A stretch of DNA of 64,000 nt. Origin: Burkholderiales bacterium. Its GTDB lineage: Bacteria > Pseudomonadota > Gammaproteobacteria > Burkholderiales > SG8-39. Positions within the stretch are counted from its first letter, which is position 1, and each line of letters opens with the position of its first letter. Under the pieces are notes generated by a model. The model was given only the letters and a program-made list of their open reading frames with translations. It ran no database searches and was not told the DNA's origin. Of the stretch, positions 22,295 to 32,067 are shown piece after piece. A program made the translations under genes and the position numbers. The stretch is from NCBI GenBank assembly GCA_017880775.1, contig JADGRQ010000003.1, positions 120,110-184,109 of the forward strand, written 5' to 3'.

Positions 22295-22864
22295 ATGCCG
22301 CGCGAAAAAAGCGAACGCAAGAGAGGTGAGCGCCGCCTGGAAATACTAAAGGCGCTCGCGCAGATGCTTGAGGCTTCGCGCTGGGAGAAGATCACCACTG
22401 CGGCGCTCGCCGCGCGTCTCGATGTGTCAGAAGCCGCGCTCTACCGCCACTTCGCATCCAAAGCGCAGATGTTCGAGGGGCTGATCGAGTTCATCGAGAA
22501 TTCGGTGTTCACGGTGGCCAACAAGATAACTGCCGACGAGTCTGACGGCCGGGGCCAGGCCGACAAGCTCCTAGAAATGCTCCTGACGTTCGCCGAGAAG
22601 AACCCCGGCATGGTGCGCGTCATGATCGGTGAGGCACTGGTTGGCGAGCATGAGCGGCTGCAGGTGCGGATGAATCAGTTTTTTGACCGATTTGAAGCGA
22701 CGCTGAAGCAGTCTCTGCGCGACGCCACCGACGGCGATGCCGCCGCGCGGGCGTCGGCGATGGTGCGTTACGCGACCGGATGTTTGCACCAGTACGCGAA
22801 GAGCGGCTTCGCGAAGAAACCTACCGAAAGCTACGGGTCACAGCGGCGGTATCTCGCGGCGTAG
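22295..22864 (+). CDS. slmA: nucleoid occlusion factor SlmA (TetR family)
   Basis: GERRLEILKALAQMLEASRWEKITTAALAARLDVSEAALYRHFASKAQMFEGLIEFIE is the SlmA signature N-terminus. Confidence 0.85.
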   Translation: MPREKSERKRGERRLEILKALAQMLEASRWEKITTAALAARLDVSEAALYRHFASKAQMFEGLIEFIENSVFTVANKITADESDGRGQADKLLEMLLTFAEKNPGMVRVMIGEALVGEHERLQVRMNQFFDRFEATLKQSLRDATDGDAAARASAMVRYATGCLHQYAKSGFAKKPTESYGSQRRYLAA

Positions 22865-22955
22865 CTGCGGCCTTGCCCTCGTCGCTCTGGATTTGAAAGG
22901 TGGCCGCGTCAACCGTGGGCAAGAAAATCGAGAAGGAAATTGATCCGCGCGCTGC

Positions 22956-23705
22956 CTAACCTGATCCACAAACTGCGCAGCCAGGATCCTTCGCAATCCG
23001 CACGTTCCGCCATTCGGCGCGCAGCGCATCGAGCAACAGCAATCTCCCGCTCAACGATTCCCCCACGTCGCAGACCAGCTTGATCGCCTCCATCGCCTGC
23101 AGCGCGCCGGCGACCCCGGTAAGCGGCGCGAATACGCCCATCTGCGAGCACTGCACTTCTTCGACCTCTCCGTCTTCCGGAAACAGGCACGCGTAGCAGG
23201 GCGCATCCGGCTTCCGCAAATCGAACACCATCAATTGCGCATCGAAGCGGATCGCGGCGCCTGACACGAGCGGCTTGCGTTGTGCGACGCAGGCGCGGTT
23301 CAGCGCGTGGCGGGTAGCGAAGTTGTCCGAGCAGTCGAGTACGACGTCGGCGCCGGAGACGAGTTCCATCATGTCTTTGGCTTCGAGCCGCTGCTGCAGG
23401 TCAACCACTTCTACTCCGGGATTGACCGCCCGGAGCGCCGTGCGTGCGGCCTCGACCTTCGGCATGCCGACCGAGTCGGTGCAATACAGGATCTGGCGCT
23501 GCAGGTTGGTGAGATCGACCTTGTCGGCGTCAGCGAGCGTGAGACGTCCGATTCCGCTTGCCGCGAGGTAGAGCGCCGCCGGACACCCGAGCCCCCCTGC
23601 ACCGACGATCAACGCGCGGGCGGCGAGCAGCTTTTGCTGCCCCTCGATCCCGATTTCCGGGAGGAGGATGTGTCGGCTGTAGCGGAGAAGCTGCTCGTTT
23701 TCCAG
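22956..23705 (-). CDS. moeB: molybdopterin-synthase adenylyltransferase MoeB (ThiF family); start codon non-canonical or uncertain
   Basis: LLRYSRHILLPEIGIEGQQKLLAARALIVGAGGLGCPAALYLAASGIG...CYACLFPE...CAVCG. The listed ORF begins at TTG 23612, but 31 conserved codons lie upstream with no ATG/GTG/TTG. The upper bound is drawn at CTG 23705. Confidence 0.75.
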   Translation of the reverse strand: MENEQLLRYSRHILLPEIGIEGQQKLLAARALIVGAGGLGCPAALYLAASGIGRLTLADADKVDLTNLQRQILYCTDSVGMPKVEAARTALRAVNPGVEVVDLQQRLEAKDMMELVSGADVVLDCSDNFATRHALNRACVAQRKPLVSGAAIRFDAQLMVFDLRKPDAPCYACLFPEDGEVEEVQCSQMGVFAPLTGVAGALQAMEAIKLVCDVGESLSGRLLLLDALRAEWRNVRIAKDPGCAVCGSG

Positions 23706-23710
23706 CGGCG

Positions 23711-25138
23711 TTACTTGGCGGGCTTGGCGTCCGCAACGGCCTTGGTGGGCTGGCCCTTGACCGGCTCACCCTTCAGGAAAGCGATCGCCTGATTGAGCTG
23801 GAAATCTTCCTTGGAACCCATCTCCAATGGCTTCGCGGGCGTCTTCCCGTCACCGGTCACAGCGGGCGGCACTGGCGTGACCGCCGGCTTCTCCGGTGGC
23901 GCAACCCCCTTCTTCTCGGCCTCATCGGCGTCCTTCAAATGCCGTTGCAGATCCGCCTCGCGCACGCGTGCGATCTGGGCGGTGCCGCCCGGCTCCTCGA
24001 CGATGATGTCCGGGGTGACGCCCTTCGCCTGGATTGAGCGACCGTTCGGCGTGAAGTAGCGCGCCGTGGTGAGCTTGATGGCGGTGCTGTTGCCTAGAGG
24101 CATGATGGTCTGTACCGAGCCCTTGCCGAAGGTCTGCGTGCCGATCACGGTGGCGCGCTTGTGGTCCTGCAGCGCCCCGGCGACGATTTCCGAGGCCGAG
24201 GCCGAGCCGCCGTTCACCAGCACCACCATCGGCACGTTTTTCACCGACGCGGGCAGGTTCTTGAGCACGTCGTCGCGGCCGGCGCTCCTCAGGTAGTCCT
24301 CGGGGACGGCGAAATACTTGCGCTTGGCGTCGGCATTGCGGCCGTCGGTCGATACCACCAGCGCCTTTGGCGCCAGAAACGCAGCCGAAATGGCCACCGC
24401 GCCGTATAGCAGGCCGCCCGGATCGTTGCGCAGATCGAGCACCAACCCTTTGAGCGCGCCCTGCTTCACCAAGCCTTCGAGGTGCTTGACCATGTTGTCC
24501 GGGGTTGTTTCCTGGAATTGCGAGACGCGCACCCAGCCGTAGCCCGGCTCGATCAGCTTCGATTTCACGCTCTGCACCTTGATGACATCGCGCATCAGCG
24601 TGACGATCAACGGCTGCGGCTCGTCCTTGCGCGAAATGGTCAACGTGATGTTGGTCTTGGGCTTGCCGCGCATGCGCTTCACCGCATCGTTGAGCGTCAT
24701 GCCCTTCACCGGGGTGTCGTCGAGCTTGATGATCAGGTCTCCCGGCTTGATGCCGGCGCGGAAAGCCGGAGTATCCTCGATCGGCGAAACCACCTTGACG
24801 AAGCCGTCCTCCATGCCGACTTCGATGCCCAGCCCGCCGAATTGGCCCTGTGTGCCGACCTGGAGCTCGCGGAATGCCTCTGCGTCCAGATATGCCGAAT
24901 GCGGATCGAGGCCGGAGAGCATGCCGTTGATCGCCTCGGTGATCAGGCGCTTGTCTTCGACCGTTTCGACATAATTCGACTTGATGGCGCCGAATACTTC
25001 GGTGAATGCGCGCAACTCTTCCACTGGCAGCGGCAGGCGCTCCGCGCGATCGGCGACGGCCGAAAAATTGAGGCTCACCAGTACGCCGGCGACGACGCCG
25101 ACGAGGATCAGCCCGATTTGTTTGAACTTGTTACCCAT
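23711..25138 (-). CDS. ctpA: carboxy-terminal processing (S41) peptidase
   Basis: PDZ plus S41 motifs: GLGIEVGMEDGFVKVVSPIEDTPA, LDLRNDPGGLL, VLVNGGSASASEIVAGALQD, TFGKGSVQ. ATG 25138 behind AGGAGCG. Confidence 0.85.
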   Translation of the reverse strand: MGNKFKQIGLILVGVVAGVLVSLNFSAVADRAERLPLPVEELRAFTEVFGAIKSNYVETVEDKRLITEAINGMLSGLDPHSAYLDAEAFRELQVGTQGQFGGLGIEVGMEDGFVKVVSPIEDTPAFRAGIKPGDLIIKLDDTPVKGMTLNDAVKRMRGKPKTNITLTISRKDEPQPLIVTLMRDVIKVQSVKSKLIEPGYGWVRVSQFQETTPDNMVKHLEGLVKQGALKGLVLDLRNDPGGLLYGAVAISAAFLAPKALVVSTDGRNADAKRKYFAVPEDYLRSAGRDDVLKNLPASVKNVPMVVLVNGGSASASEIVAGALQDHKRATVIGTQTFGKGSVQTIMPLGNSTAIKLTTARYFTPNGRSIQAKGVTPDIIVEEPGGTAQIARVREADLQRHLKDADEAEKKGVAPPEKPAVTPVPPAVTGDGKTPAKPLEMGSKEDFQLNQAIAFLKGEPVKGQPTKAVADAKPAK

Positions 25139-25182
25139 TTTTCCGCTCCTGGCGGTCCGCATGCCCTGTGGCGAAGAACACT

Positions 25183-26358
25183 TTACCTGAGTTTTACCCA
25201 GCGCAAAGCGTCAACAGCCTGTCCGAGATGCCGCAATTCAAAGTATAGGCCCGATTCCTCGCGCCCACCGCTCGCGCCCACCGTCGCAATCGTGTCGCCA
25301 GCGGCCACTTCGTCGCCGGTCTGCCTGAGCAGCGACTCGTTGTTCGCGTAGATCGACAGGTAGGCTTCGCCGTGGTCGACGATCAACATATTTCCGAATC
25401 CGCGCATCCAGTCGGCAAATACCACCCGACCGGTGGCGACACTGTGAACTGCGTCACCTTCGGGAGCCCGAATGAACAGCCCCTTCGCGCCCGTGCCTCC
25501 CGCATTAGCATTACGTAGACCCTTCGAACGCTCCGCGAGTTCCCCGCGTACGGGAAGGCGAAGCCGGCCGCGCAGCGCCGAAAACGGTCCGCTCATGCCC
25601 GCCTCCGGCACGCGCTCATTGCGCACAAAGCCCGCTTTCGGACGCGCCTGGATCACGCGGGCAATCTCCTCGACCAAGCGCGTCAGGCGCGTCTCATCGG
25701 CGAGCAGCCCCTTCAACTCGCGCCGCTGGCGGCGGATCTCGGAGGACAGCTGCTCGAGCAACCGGCGCCGCTCGCGCCCCTGGACCAGCAGCTTCTGGCG
25801 CTCGGCGCGCCGCTCGCCCTCGATGGCCTCGATTCGCGCCGCGCGTTCGCGCGAGTGCTCCTGGAGCCGCGCCAGCTCGGCGCTATTGCCTCGCAATGTG
25901 TCAAACATTGTGGCCGCGGCCCGCGACAGCGTGGCGAGGTAGTAGAGCGTGCGAGGCAGTTCACTGGGGTCGCCGCCGGCCAAGGCGGCGCGCAGCGCAT
26001 CGGGTGGGCCGGCGGCATACCGCGCGGCAAGCACCCGGCCAAGCAGCGCCTGCTGGCGCGCCACCGAGCGCCCGAGCTCCTCGCGCTGCATGGCGGTGCG
26101 TGCAAGCTCGTCGCGCACCGAACGCTGCTCGGCTTCGAGCGCGTGCAAACCACGGTTTGCGTCGGAGATCGCGCGCTCGCTGTCGCGCAGGGCATCGCGC
26201 GCCTCCTTGCGCGAGGACTCGGCGGCGTCCATCTGGCTGCGCAGCGCTTCGATCCGCGCGCGCAGCACAGCGAGGTCCTCGGCGCCTGCCTGCGCCCCGG
26301 CGGGGGCTGCATAGGCTGCCGCGATTGCAAGGATGCAAGCCGCGGCGGCCCACTTCAC
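25183..26358 (-). CDS. M23-family murein hydrolase activator (EnvC-like) with long coiled coil
   Basis: Signal peptide, ~230 aa of heptad-rich sequence, and a C-terminal LytM domain ...[32 protein letters not shown] start overlaps the gpmA stop. Confidence 0.8.
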   Translation of the reverse strand: MKWAAAACILAIAAAYAAPAGAQAGAEDLAVLRARIEALRSQMDAAESSRKEARDALRDSERAISDANRGLHALEAEQRSVRDELARTAMQREELGRSVARQQALLGRVLAARYAAGPPDALRAALAGGDPSELPRTLYYLATLSRAAATMFDTLRGNSAELARLQEHSRERAARIEAIEGERRAERQKLLVQGRERRRLLEQLSSEIRRQRRELKGLLADETRLTRLVEEIARVIQARPKAGFVRNERVPEAGMSGPFSALRGRLRLPVRGELAERSKGLRNANAGGTGAKGLFIRAPEGDAVHSVATGRVVFADWMRGFGNMLIVDHGEAYLSIYANNESLLRQTGDEVAAGDTIATVGASGGREESGLYFELRHLGQAVDALRWVKLR

Positions 26359-27113
26359 GCGCTTGAGGCTTTGACCTTGCCCTGGCCCGCGACGGCGGCG
26401 ACGCGGCGCGCGACCTCTTCGGGATCCCCCAGGTAGTAGTGCTTGCGCGGCTTGAGAGCGGCGTCGAGCTCATAAACCAGCGGCACGCCGGTCGGAACGT
26501 TGAGCCCCACGATCTCGGCGTCGCTCACCCCGTCGAGGTGCTTGATCAGCGCGCGCAGGGAATTGCCGTGCGCGACGACAATGACGCGCCGGCCAGCGTG
26601 CACGGCCGGTGCGATCGAAGCGTTCCAGAAGGGCAGCACCCTCGCTACCGTATCCTTGAGGCACTCGGTGAGAGGGAGTTCGTCAGCGTCGAGTCCGACG
26701 TAGCGCGGGTCTCCGGCCGGCGAACGCGGATCGTCCGGCTCGAGCGCGGGCGGTGGCGTGTCGTAGCTGCGCCGCCAGGCGAGTACCTGGGCTTCGCCGA
26801 ATTTCGCCGCCGTCTCGGCTTTATTCAGGCCCTGCAATGCGCCGTAGTGCCGCTCATTTAGCCGCCAGTGCTTTTCCACCGGAATCCACATCCGATCGAG
26901 CTCGTCGAGCGCGAGCCACAGTGTGCGGATCGCGCGGCGCAGGACCGAGGTATAGGCTAGGTCGAAGCTGTAACCGCCGGAATTGAGCAGGCGGCCTGCC
27001 GCACGGGCTTCCTCGACGCCCTTTTCCGACAGATCGACGTCGGTCCAGCCCGTAAAGCGATTTTCGCGGTTCCAGTCGGATTCGCCGTGTCGAAGGAGGA
27101 CGAGCTTGTGCAC
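26355..27113 (-). CDS. gpmA: 2,3-bisphosphoglycerate-dependent phosphoglycerate mutase
   Basis: [31 protein letters not shown]...[14 protein letters not shown] start 27113. Confidence 0.9.
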   Translation of the reverse strand: MHKLVLLRHGESDWNRENRFTGWTDVDLSEKGVEEARAAGRLLNSGGYSFDLAYTSVLRRAIRTLWLALDELDRMWIPVEKHWRLNERHYGALQGLNKAETAAKFGEAQVLAWRRSYDTPPPALEPDDPRSPAGDPRYVGLDADELPLTECLKDTVARVLPFWNASIAPAVHAGRRVIVVAHGNSLRALIKHLDGVSDAEIVGLNVPTGVPLVYELDAALKPRKHYYLGDPEEVARRVAAVAGQGKVKASSA

Positions 27114-27177
27114 GGGTCAATTATAATGGCAGGATGAAACGCGTTAGCCGTCACGATCATTGCAGCGCGCCCGTGCC

Positions 27178-27585
27178 ATGGAATTCGTCCAGAACAACCT
27201 GCTGCTGATCGCGGTCGCGTTCCTCTCGGGCGGGATGCTGCTCTGGCCGTTCGTGCGCCGCAGTACCGGCGGCCCGTGGGTGAGCACGCTGGACGCCACG
27301 CGGCTGATCAACCGCAAGGACGCGCCGGTGCTCGACGTGCGCGATCCCGCGGAGTTCGCCGCGGGGCACATTCTCGGCGCGAGGAACATGCCGCTCGCGC
27401 AGCTCGGGGCGCGCGCAGCCGACCTCGACAAGTTGAAAGGCAAGCCGGTGATCGTTTACTGCGACGGCGGCAGCCGCGCGTCCAGCGCGATGCCCGTGCT
27501 AAAACAGCGCGGCTTTGCGGAGGTGTACAACCTGACCGGCGGATACGCCGCATGGCAGCAGGCCGGCCTGCCGGTGGAGAAGTAG
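27178..27585 (+). CDS. rhodanese-like domain protein with N-terminal TM helix
   Basis: MEFVQNNLLLIAVAFLSGGMLLWPF then ...VLDVRDPAEFAAGHILGARN...VIVYCDGGSRAS (active-site Cys loop). TTG 27160 is an alternative start. Confidence 0.8.
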   Translation: MEFVQNNLLLIAVAFLSGGMLLWPFVRRSTGGPWVSTLDATRLINRKDAPVLDVRDPAEFAAGHILGARNMPLAQLGARAADLDKLKGKPVIVYCDGGSRASSAMPVLKQRGFAEVYNLTGGYAAWQQAGLPVEK

Positions 27586-27588
27586 CCG

Positions 27589-27849
27589 GTGGCCGCGGTG
27601 CTGATGTACTGTACCACGGCCTGTCCGTATTGCCAGGCGGCGGAGCGCCTGCTGGCGGACAAAGGCGTCACCGATCTGACCAGGATCCGCGTCGATCTCG
27701 AACCTTCGCGCCGCGCCGAAATGGACAAGAAAAGCGGTCGCCGCACCGTGCCGCAGATCTGGATTGGCGATCGGCACGTCGGCGGTTACGACGACCTTTT
27801 TGAACTGGAACGGGCCGGGGAACTCGATGCCCTTCTGCAGTCAACCTGA
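27589..27849 (+). CDS. grxC: glutaredoxin 3
   Basis: VLMYCTTACPYCQAAERLL...RRTVPQIWIGDRHVGGYDDL. GTG start. Confidence 0.85.
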   Translation: MAAVLMYCTTACPYCQAAERLLADKGVTDLTRIRVDLEPSRRAEMDKKSGRRTVPQIWIGDRHVGGYDDLFELERAGELDALLQST

Positions 27850-27864
27850 GAGAGCTTTGACCCA

Positions 27865-28326
27865 ATGAGCGAAACGCAACCGTCCTTCAGCATCGAGAAG
27901 CTGTACGTCAAGGATCTTTCTCTCGAGATTCCGAACGCCCCCCAGGTGTTCATGCAGGCCGACACCCCGCAGCTCGAGGTGAAGGTGCACAACGAGGCAA
28001 ACAAGTTCGGCGACGGGCTGTACGAAGTGGTGGTGACGGTCACGGTCACCGCAAAAGCGGGCGACAAGACCATGTTCCTCGCCGAAGCGGCGCAGGCCGG
28101 CATTTTCGCGATCCGCAACGTCCCCGAGAACGAAATCAACCCGCTCCTCGGAATCGTTTGTCCGACGGTGGTCTACCCTTACGTGCGCGAGACCATTTCC
28201 GACCTCATCACCCGGGGCGGCTTTCCGCCGGTCCTGCTCTCGCCGGTCAGCTTCGAGGCGCTGTATGCGCAGCGCCTACAGCAGGCGCAGCAACCCGCCG
28301 GGCCGAAAATTGAAATAGCCAGTTAA
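27865..28326 (+). CDS. secB: protein-export chaperone SecB
   Basis: PSFSIEKLYVKDLSLEIPNAPQVF...CPTVVYPYVRETISDLITRGGFPPVLLSPVSFEALY. Confidence 0.9.
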   Translation: MSETQPSFSIEKLYVKDLSLEIPNAPQVFMQADTPQLEVKVHNEANKFGDGLYEVVVTVTVTAKAGDKTMFLAEAAQAGIFAIRNVPENEINPLLGIVCPTVVYPYVRETISDLITRGGFPPVLLSPVSFEALYAQRLQQAQQPAGPKIEIAS

Positions 28327-28327
28327 T

Positions 28328-28353
28328 AACGGGGGAACCGAGGTTCCCCCGTT
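28328..28353. other. strong GC hairpin immediately after secB
   Basis: AACGGGGGAAC-CGAG-GTTCCCCCGTT: 11 perfect base pairs, starting 2 nt after the secB TAA. No U-tract. Confidence 0.4.
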
Positions 28354-28378
28354 GCCCCTCCTTGAACCGGTGAAGGTC

Positions 28379-28816
28379 ATGCGATCATTTCTTGCCATTC
28401 TCCTGGGAGCGGGCGTTTGCGTTTCTGCGTTTGGCGCGGAGTTCCGCTCGATCGCCGAGAACGGCGTGGTGATGTACGACGCGCCGTCGCGGGCGGCCAC
28501 GCCGCTGTTCGTCGCCGCGCGCTTCTATCCGGTCGAAGTGATCGTCAGCCTCGAGGCGTGGATCAAGGTGCGCGACCACACCGGGGCGCTTTCTTGGGTC
28601 GAGCGCAAGTCGCTGTCCGAGAAACGCATGGTGATCGTCACCGCAGCGCACGCCGATGCGCTCGCGCGCGCGGAAGATGGCGCTCCGCCGGCATTCACCG
28701 CAGCACAGAGCGTCGCGCTCGAACTGGTTGAAATCCTTCCCGGCGGATGGGTGCGCGTGCGCCACGCCGACGGCGCGACGGGCTACGTCAAAGCCGCATT
28801 GCTCTGGGGCGATTGA
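28379..28816 (+). CDS. secreted bacterial SH3-domain protein
   Basis: Signal peptide MRSFLAILLGAGVCVSAFG, then two SH3_3-like halves (VMYDAPSRAATPLF...WIKVRD; GWVRVRHADGATGYV). Confidence 0.6.
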   Translation: MRSFLAILLGAGVCVSAFGAEFRSIAENGVVMYDAPSRAATPLFVAARFYPVEVIVSLEAWIKVRDHTGALSWVERKSLSEKRMVIVTAAHADALARAEDGAPPAFTAAQSVALELVEILPGGWVRVRHADGATGYVKAALLWGD

Positions 28817-28835
28817 TCTCGCGCTCGCCGTAGCG

Positions 28836-29825
28836 ATGAATGTTTCTGCGCTCGGTGCGGGTGCGTGGGGTACCGCGCTGGCGGTCGCGCTCGCATCGCG
28901 CCATCGCGTCACGCTCTGGGGGCGCGATGCGGCCCAGCTTGCGCGCATGCGCGACCAACGGCGCAACCTCCGCTACCTCCCCGAGATCGAGCTGCCCGCC
29001 GGTCTCACGCTCGACGCGGACCTCGAATCTGCCTGCAAGGCGGCGGACTTGTTGTTGCTCGCGGTGCCGGCGGCGGGCCTGCGCGAGCTGTGTGTTCAGA
29101 TGCGTGCGGCGGAGATTGGCGCGCCGCTGGTGTGGCTGTGCAAAGGTTTCGAGCAGTCCTCCGGCCTGCTGCCGCACCAGGTGGTCGAGGAAACGCTGGG
29201 CGCATCGCGCGCCGAATGCGGTGCACTGTCGGGCCCGTCTTTCGCTCTCGAAGTCGCGCGCGGCTTGCCTTGCGCGCTGACGCTGGCAGCGAAAGATCAG
29301 GCGTTCGCGCGCCGTGCGGCGCTTTCACTGCACGGCGGCCGGATCCGGGTCTACTATTCGGGCGACCTGATCGGGGTCGAAATCGGCGGCGCAGTGAAAA
29401 ACGTCCTGGCGATCGCAGTCGGCATTTCCGACGGCATGGGCCTTGGGCAGAACGCGCGCGCGGCGCTGATCACGCGCGGTCTGGCGGAGATCTCGCGCCT
29501 GGGCATTGCGCTGGGCGCACAGCCTGAGACCATCATGGGTCTGACCGGCGCGGGCGATCTGATCCTCACTGCCACGGGAGACCTTTCGCGCAATCGCCGC
29601 GTCGGGCTCGAACTCGCGCGCGGACGGCCGTTGCCGGAGATTCTCCGCGAGCTGGGCCATGTGGCCGAGGGCGTGCGTTCCGCAAGCGAGCTGCAATCAC
29701 TCGCGCTGCGGCTGGGCGTCGAGATGCCGATCACCCGCGCGGTGAATGCGGTGCTCGACGCCCGCGCGACGCCGGCTGCGGCGCTCGAAGCGTTGCTCGC
29801 GCGCGATCCGCGCGAAGAAGGCTGA
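28836..29825 (+). CDS. gpsA: NAD(P)H-dependent glycerol-3-phosphate dehydrogenase
   Basis: MNVSALGAGAWGTALAVALA...GAVKNVLAIAVGISDG...GDLILTATGDLSRNRRVG. Confidence 0.9.
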   Translation: MNVSALGAGAWGTALAVALASRHRVTLWGRDAAQLARMRDQRRNLRYLPEIELPAGLTLDADLESACKAADLLLLAVPAAGLRELCVQMRAAEIGAPLVWLCKGFEQSSGLLPHQVVEETLGASRAECGALSGPSFALEVARGLPCALTLAAKDQAFARRAALSLHGGRIRVYYSGDLIGVEIGGAVKNVLAIAVGISDGMGLGQNARAALITRGLAEISRLGIALGAQPETIMGLTGAGDLILTATGDLSRNRRVGLELARGRPLPEILRELGHVAEGVRSASELQSLALRLGVEMPITRAVNAVLDARATPAAALEALLARDPREEG

Positions 29826-29834
29826 TGAACGCGG

Positions 29835-30299
29835 CTAGCTTGCGCCCGGAAAGCCGAGCTGGCGCCAAGCTTCGTAGACGACCACCGCGACGGCGTTCGA
29901 AAGGTTCAGACTGCGATTTCCCGGCATCAGCGGCAGGCGTGCCCGTTGCTCGGGCGGAAAACCCGCTAGCAGTTCGGCCGGCAAGCCGCGCGTTTCCGGC
30001 CCGAATAGCAGCACGTCCCCATCGCGGTAAGCGAGGTCGCTGTAGCGTTGCGCTGCTCGCGTCGAGAACGCGATCCAGCGGCGCTCGCCGAGCAACTGCG
30101 CGCAATCGCGGAGGCTCGAATGCGTGCGGATCGCGGCAAACTCGTGGTAATCGAGCCCGGCGCGCCGCAGCTGCCGGTCCTCCAGCGTGAATCCGAGCGG
30201 CTCGATCAAGTGCAGCCGCGCTCCGGTGTTGGCCGACAGGCGGATTACGTTACCGGTGTTGGGGGGAATCTCCGGCCGATACAGGACGATCTCGAACAT
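29835..30299 (-). CDS. trmL: tRNA (cytidine/uridine(34)-2'-O)-methyltransferase TrmL (SpoU family)
   Basis: [37 protein letters not shown]...[11 protein letters not shown]...[18 protein letters not shown]. Confidence 0.85.
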   Translation of the reverse strand: MFEIVLYRPEIPPNTGNVIRLSANTGARLHLIEPLGFTLEDRQLRRAGLDYHEFAAIRTHSSLRDCAQLLGERRWIAFSTRAAQRYSDLAYRDGDVLLFGPETRGLPAELLAGFPPEQRARLPLMPGNRSLNLSNAVAVVVYEAWRQLGFPGAS

Positions 30300-30319
30300 T
30301 CAGCTGTACGCCATGATGT

Positions 30320-31015
30320 TCACAGCGTGCGCGCGACGACCCAGTTCTCGACGCTGAGCGCGCCCGCACGCTTGACGGCGCCGGCGAGCGCATCGAGCGT
30401 CGCGCCCGTGGTCATCACGTCGTCGACCAGCGCGACGCTTCGGCCGGCCAGCGCAAGCGAGCATGCGAACGCGCCGCGCATGTTTTCCTTGCGCGCATCG
30501 AGCGGCAGCTCGGCCTGCGCCGGTGTGTCGCGCAGCCGTTCGCAACCGCGGGTCGCAAGCGGCTTGCGCAGGCAGCGCGACAGCGCGCGCGCGATCTCGA
30601 CCGACTGGTTGTAGCCGCGTTCGACGAGGCGCTGCGGATGAAGCGGCACGGCGATGATCAGATCCACCGCGCTCGAGCGTTCGAGCATCCTGGCGAGGTG
30701 GCCAGCCAGGTACGGGGCAAGCGCCAGCTCGGAGTTGAACTTCAGCGCCTTCACCAGCACATCGGCCGGGAACGCATAGGCGAACGCGGCGATGGTGGCG
30801 TCGAAATCGGGCGGGTCCGCGAGGCAGCGGCCGCAGACCTGGGCGCCTGGAGTCGGCAGTGCGCAGCGCGGACAACGCTCAGGCGCGAGCCCGGGCAGGT
30901 CGCGCTCGCACGCGGAGCAGATGAGGGCGCCGCGACCGGTCGCCCCGCGGCAGACATAGCAACTGCCGCCGAACACGGTCGCGGCGAGACGGCCGAGCAG
31001 GCTGCCTTCGGACAT
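30320..31015 (-). CDS. ComF family protein (phosphoribosyltransferase domain)
   Basis: N-terminal Cys clusters CYVCRG...CSACERDL...CPRCALP...CGRC and the C-terminal PRT motif VALVDDVMTTGATL. Confidence 0.8.
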   Translation of the reverse strand: MSEGSLLGRLAATVFGGSCYVCRGATGRGALICSACERDLPGLAPERCPRCALPTPGAQVCGRCLADPPDFDATIAAFAYAFPADVLVKALKFNSELALAPYLAGHLARMLERSSAVDLIIAVPLHPQRLVERGYNQSVEIARALSRCLRKPLATRGCERLRDTPAQAELPLDARKENMRGAFACSLALAGRSVALVDDVMTTGATLDALAGAVKRAGALSVENWVVARTL

Positions 31016-31044
31016 GTGTAGGATTATGCGGCAGCCTGCCACGC

Positions 31045-31926
31045 ATGGATGAATACCGCATTGACGAGCCGCGCGCTCGGCGCGCGTTCGAGCGTGCCGC
31101 GCCGACCTATCTTGCGGCCGCGCGGCTCGAGCAGGAGATCGGCGCGCGCATGCTCGAGCGGCTGGAGCTGGTGCGCCTGGCGCCGGGTGTGGTTCTCGAC
31201 GCCGGCGCCGGACCCGCGCCGCAGGCCGAGGGACTGCGCCGGCGCTATCCGGACGCGCTCCACGTCGCGCTCGATTGGTCGAGCGCGATGCTTCGTGAGC
31301 GGTCAGCACGCGCGGGCTGGATGAGCCGGATTCTGGGGCCTCGCGGACCGGCTGCCGTGTGCGCTGACATGCGGCGCATGCCGCTGGTCGCGGGCAGTTG
31401 CGGGTTGGTCTGGTCCAACATGGCGCTGCACTGGGTCTCGGATCCGTTGCCTGCGCTGGCCGAATTCGGCCGTGTGTTGAGGCCCGATGGGCTGCTCATG
31501 TTCAGCACGCTCGGTCCCGATACGCTGAAGGAGCTGCGTGGCGCATGCGAGGCTGCGGGCGCCGCAACCCAGGTACACCGTTTCCACGACATGCACGATC
31601 TCGGCGACATGCTGTCCGAATCCGGTTTTGCTGCGCCGGTGATGGACATGGAAATCATCACACTGACTTTCGCCAGCGCGGCGGCGCTGGTTGCGGATCT
31701 GCGCGCGACCGGACAGACCTCGAGTACTGCCGCACGCCGCAAGACACTGATGGGCAAGCGCCGCTGGGCCGCGCTGCGCGACGCGCTCGAATCGCGTGCG
31801 GTAGATGGCAGGATTTCGCTCAGTGCAGAAGTGGTTTACGGCCACGCGTGGAAAGGCGCGCCGCGCAAGCGCCTCGACACTCGCTCGATCGTGCGCATGA
31901 ATCGCGCGTCGCGTTCGAGCCGCTGA
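31045..31926 (+). CDS. bioC: malonyl-ACP O-methyltransferase BioC-like SAM methyltransferase
   Basis: RAFERAAPTYLAAARLEQEIGARMLERL...VLDAGAGPA...SNMALHW...RVLRPDGLLMFST. Typical position divergent to comF. Confidence 0.7.
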   Translation: MDEYRIDEPRARRAFERAAPTYLAAARLEQEIGARMLERLELVRLAPGVVLDAGAGPAPQAEGLRRRYPDALHVALDWSSAMLRERSARAGWMSRILGPRGPAAVCADMRRMPLVAGSCGLVWSNMALHWVSDPLPALAEFGRVLRPDGLLMFSTLGPDTLKELRGACEAAGAATQVHRFHDMHDLGDMLSESGFAAPVMDMEIITLTFASAAALVADLRATGQTSSTAARRKTLMGKRRWAALRDALESRAVDGRISLSAEVVYGHAWKGAPRKRLDTRSIVRMNRASRSSR

Positions 31927-32067
31927 ACGCGATCCTGAAAAGCGTTAATCGGAGGATTTGTCTCGGGTTTTGACTTGTGTCCCGACGCCGCCCTGTGATA
32001 AATTGCCGCAGTACTTCGGCGCGCCTTTGGCCGCTGCGATCCCGGTTCACCAGACTTCACACCGAGC

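Noticed and set aside
31927-32067. Promoter or FNR-type box upstream of the cox cluster (TTGACT ... TGTGATAAAT)
   Set aside because: The hexamer spacing is 18-21 nt depending on the -10 choice, and no TTGAT-N4-ATCAA motif is present. This is not solid enough to annotate.
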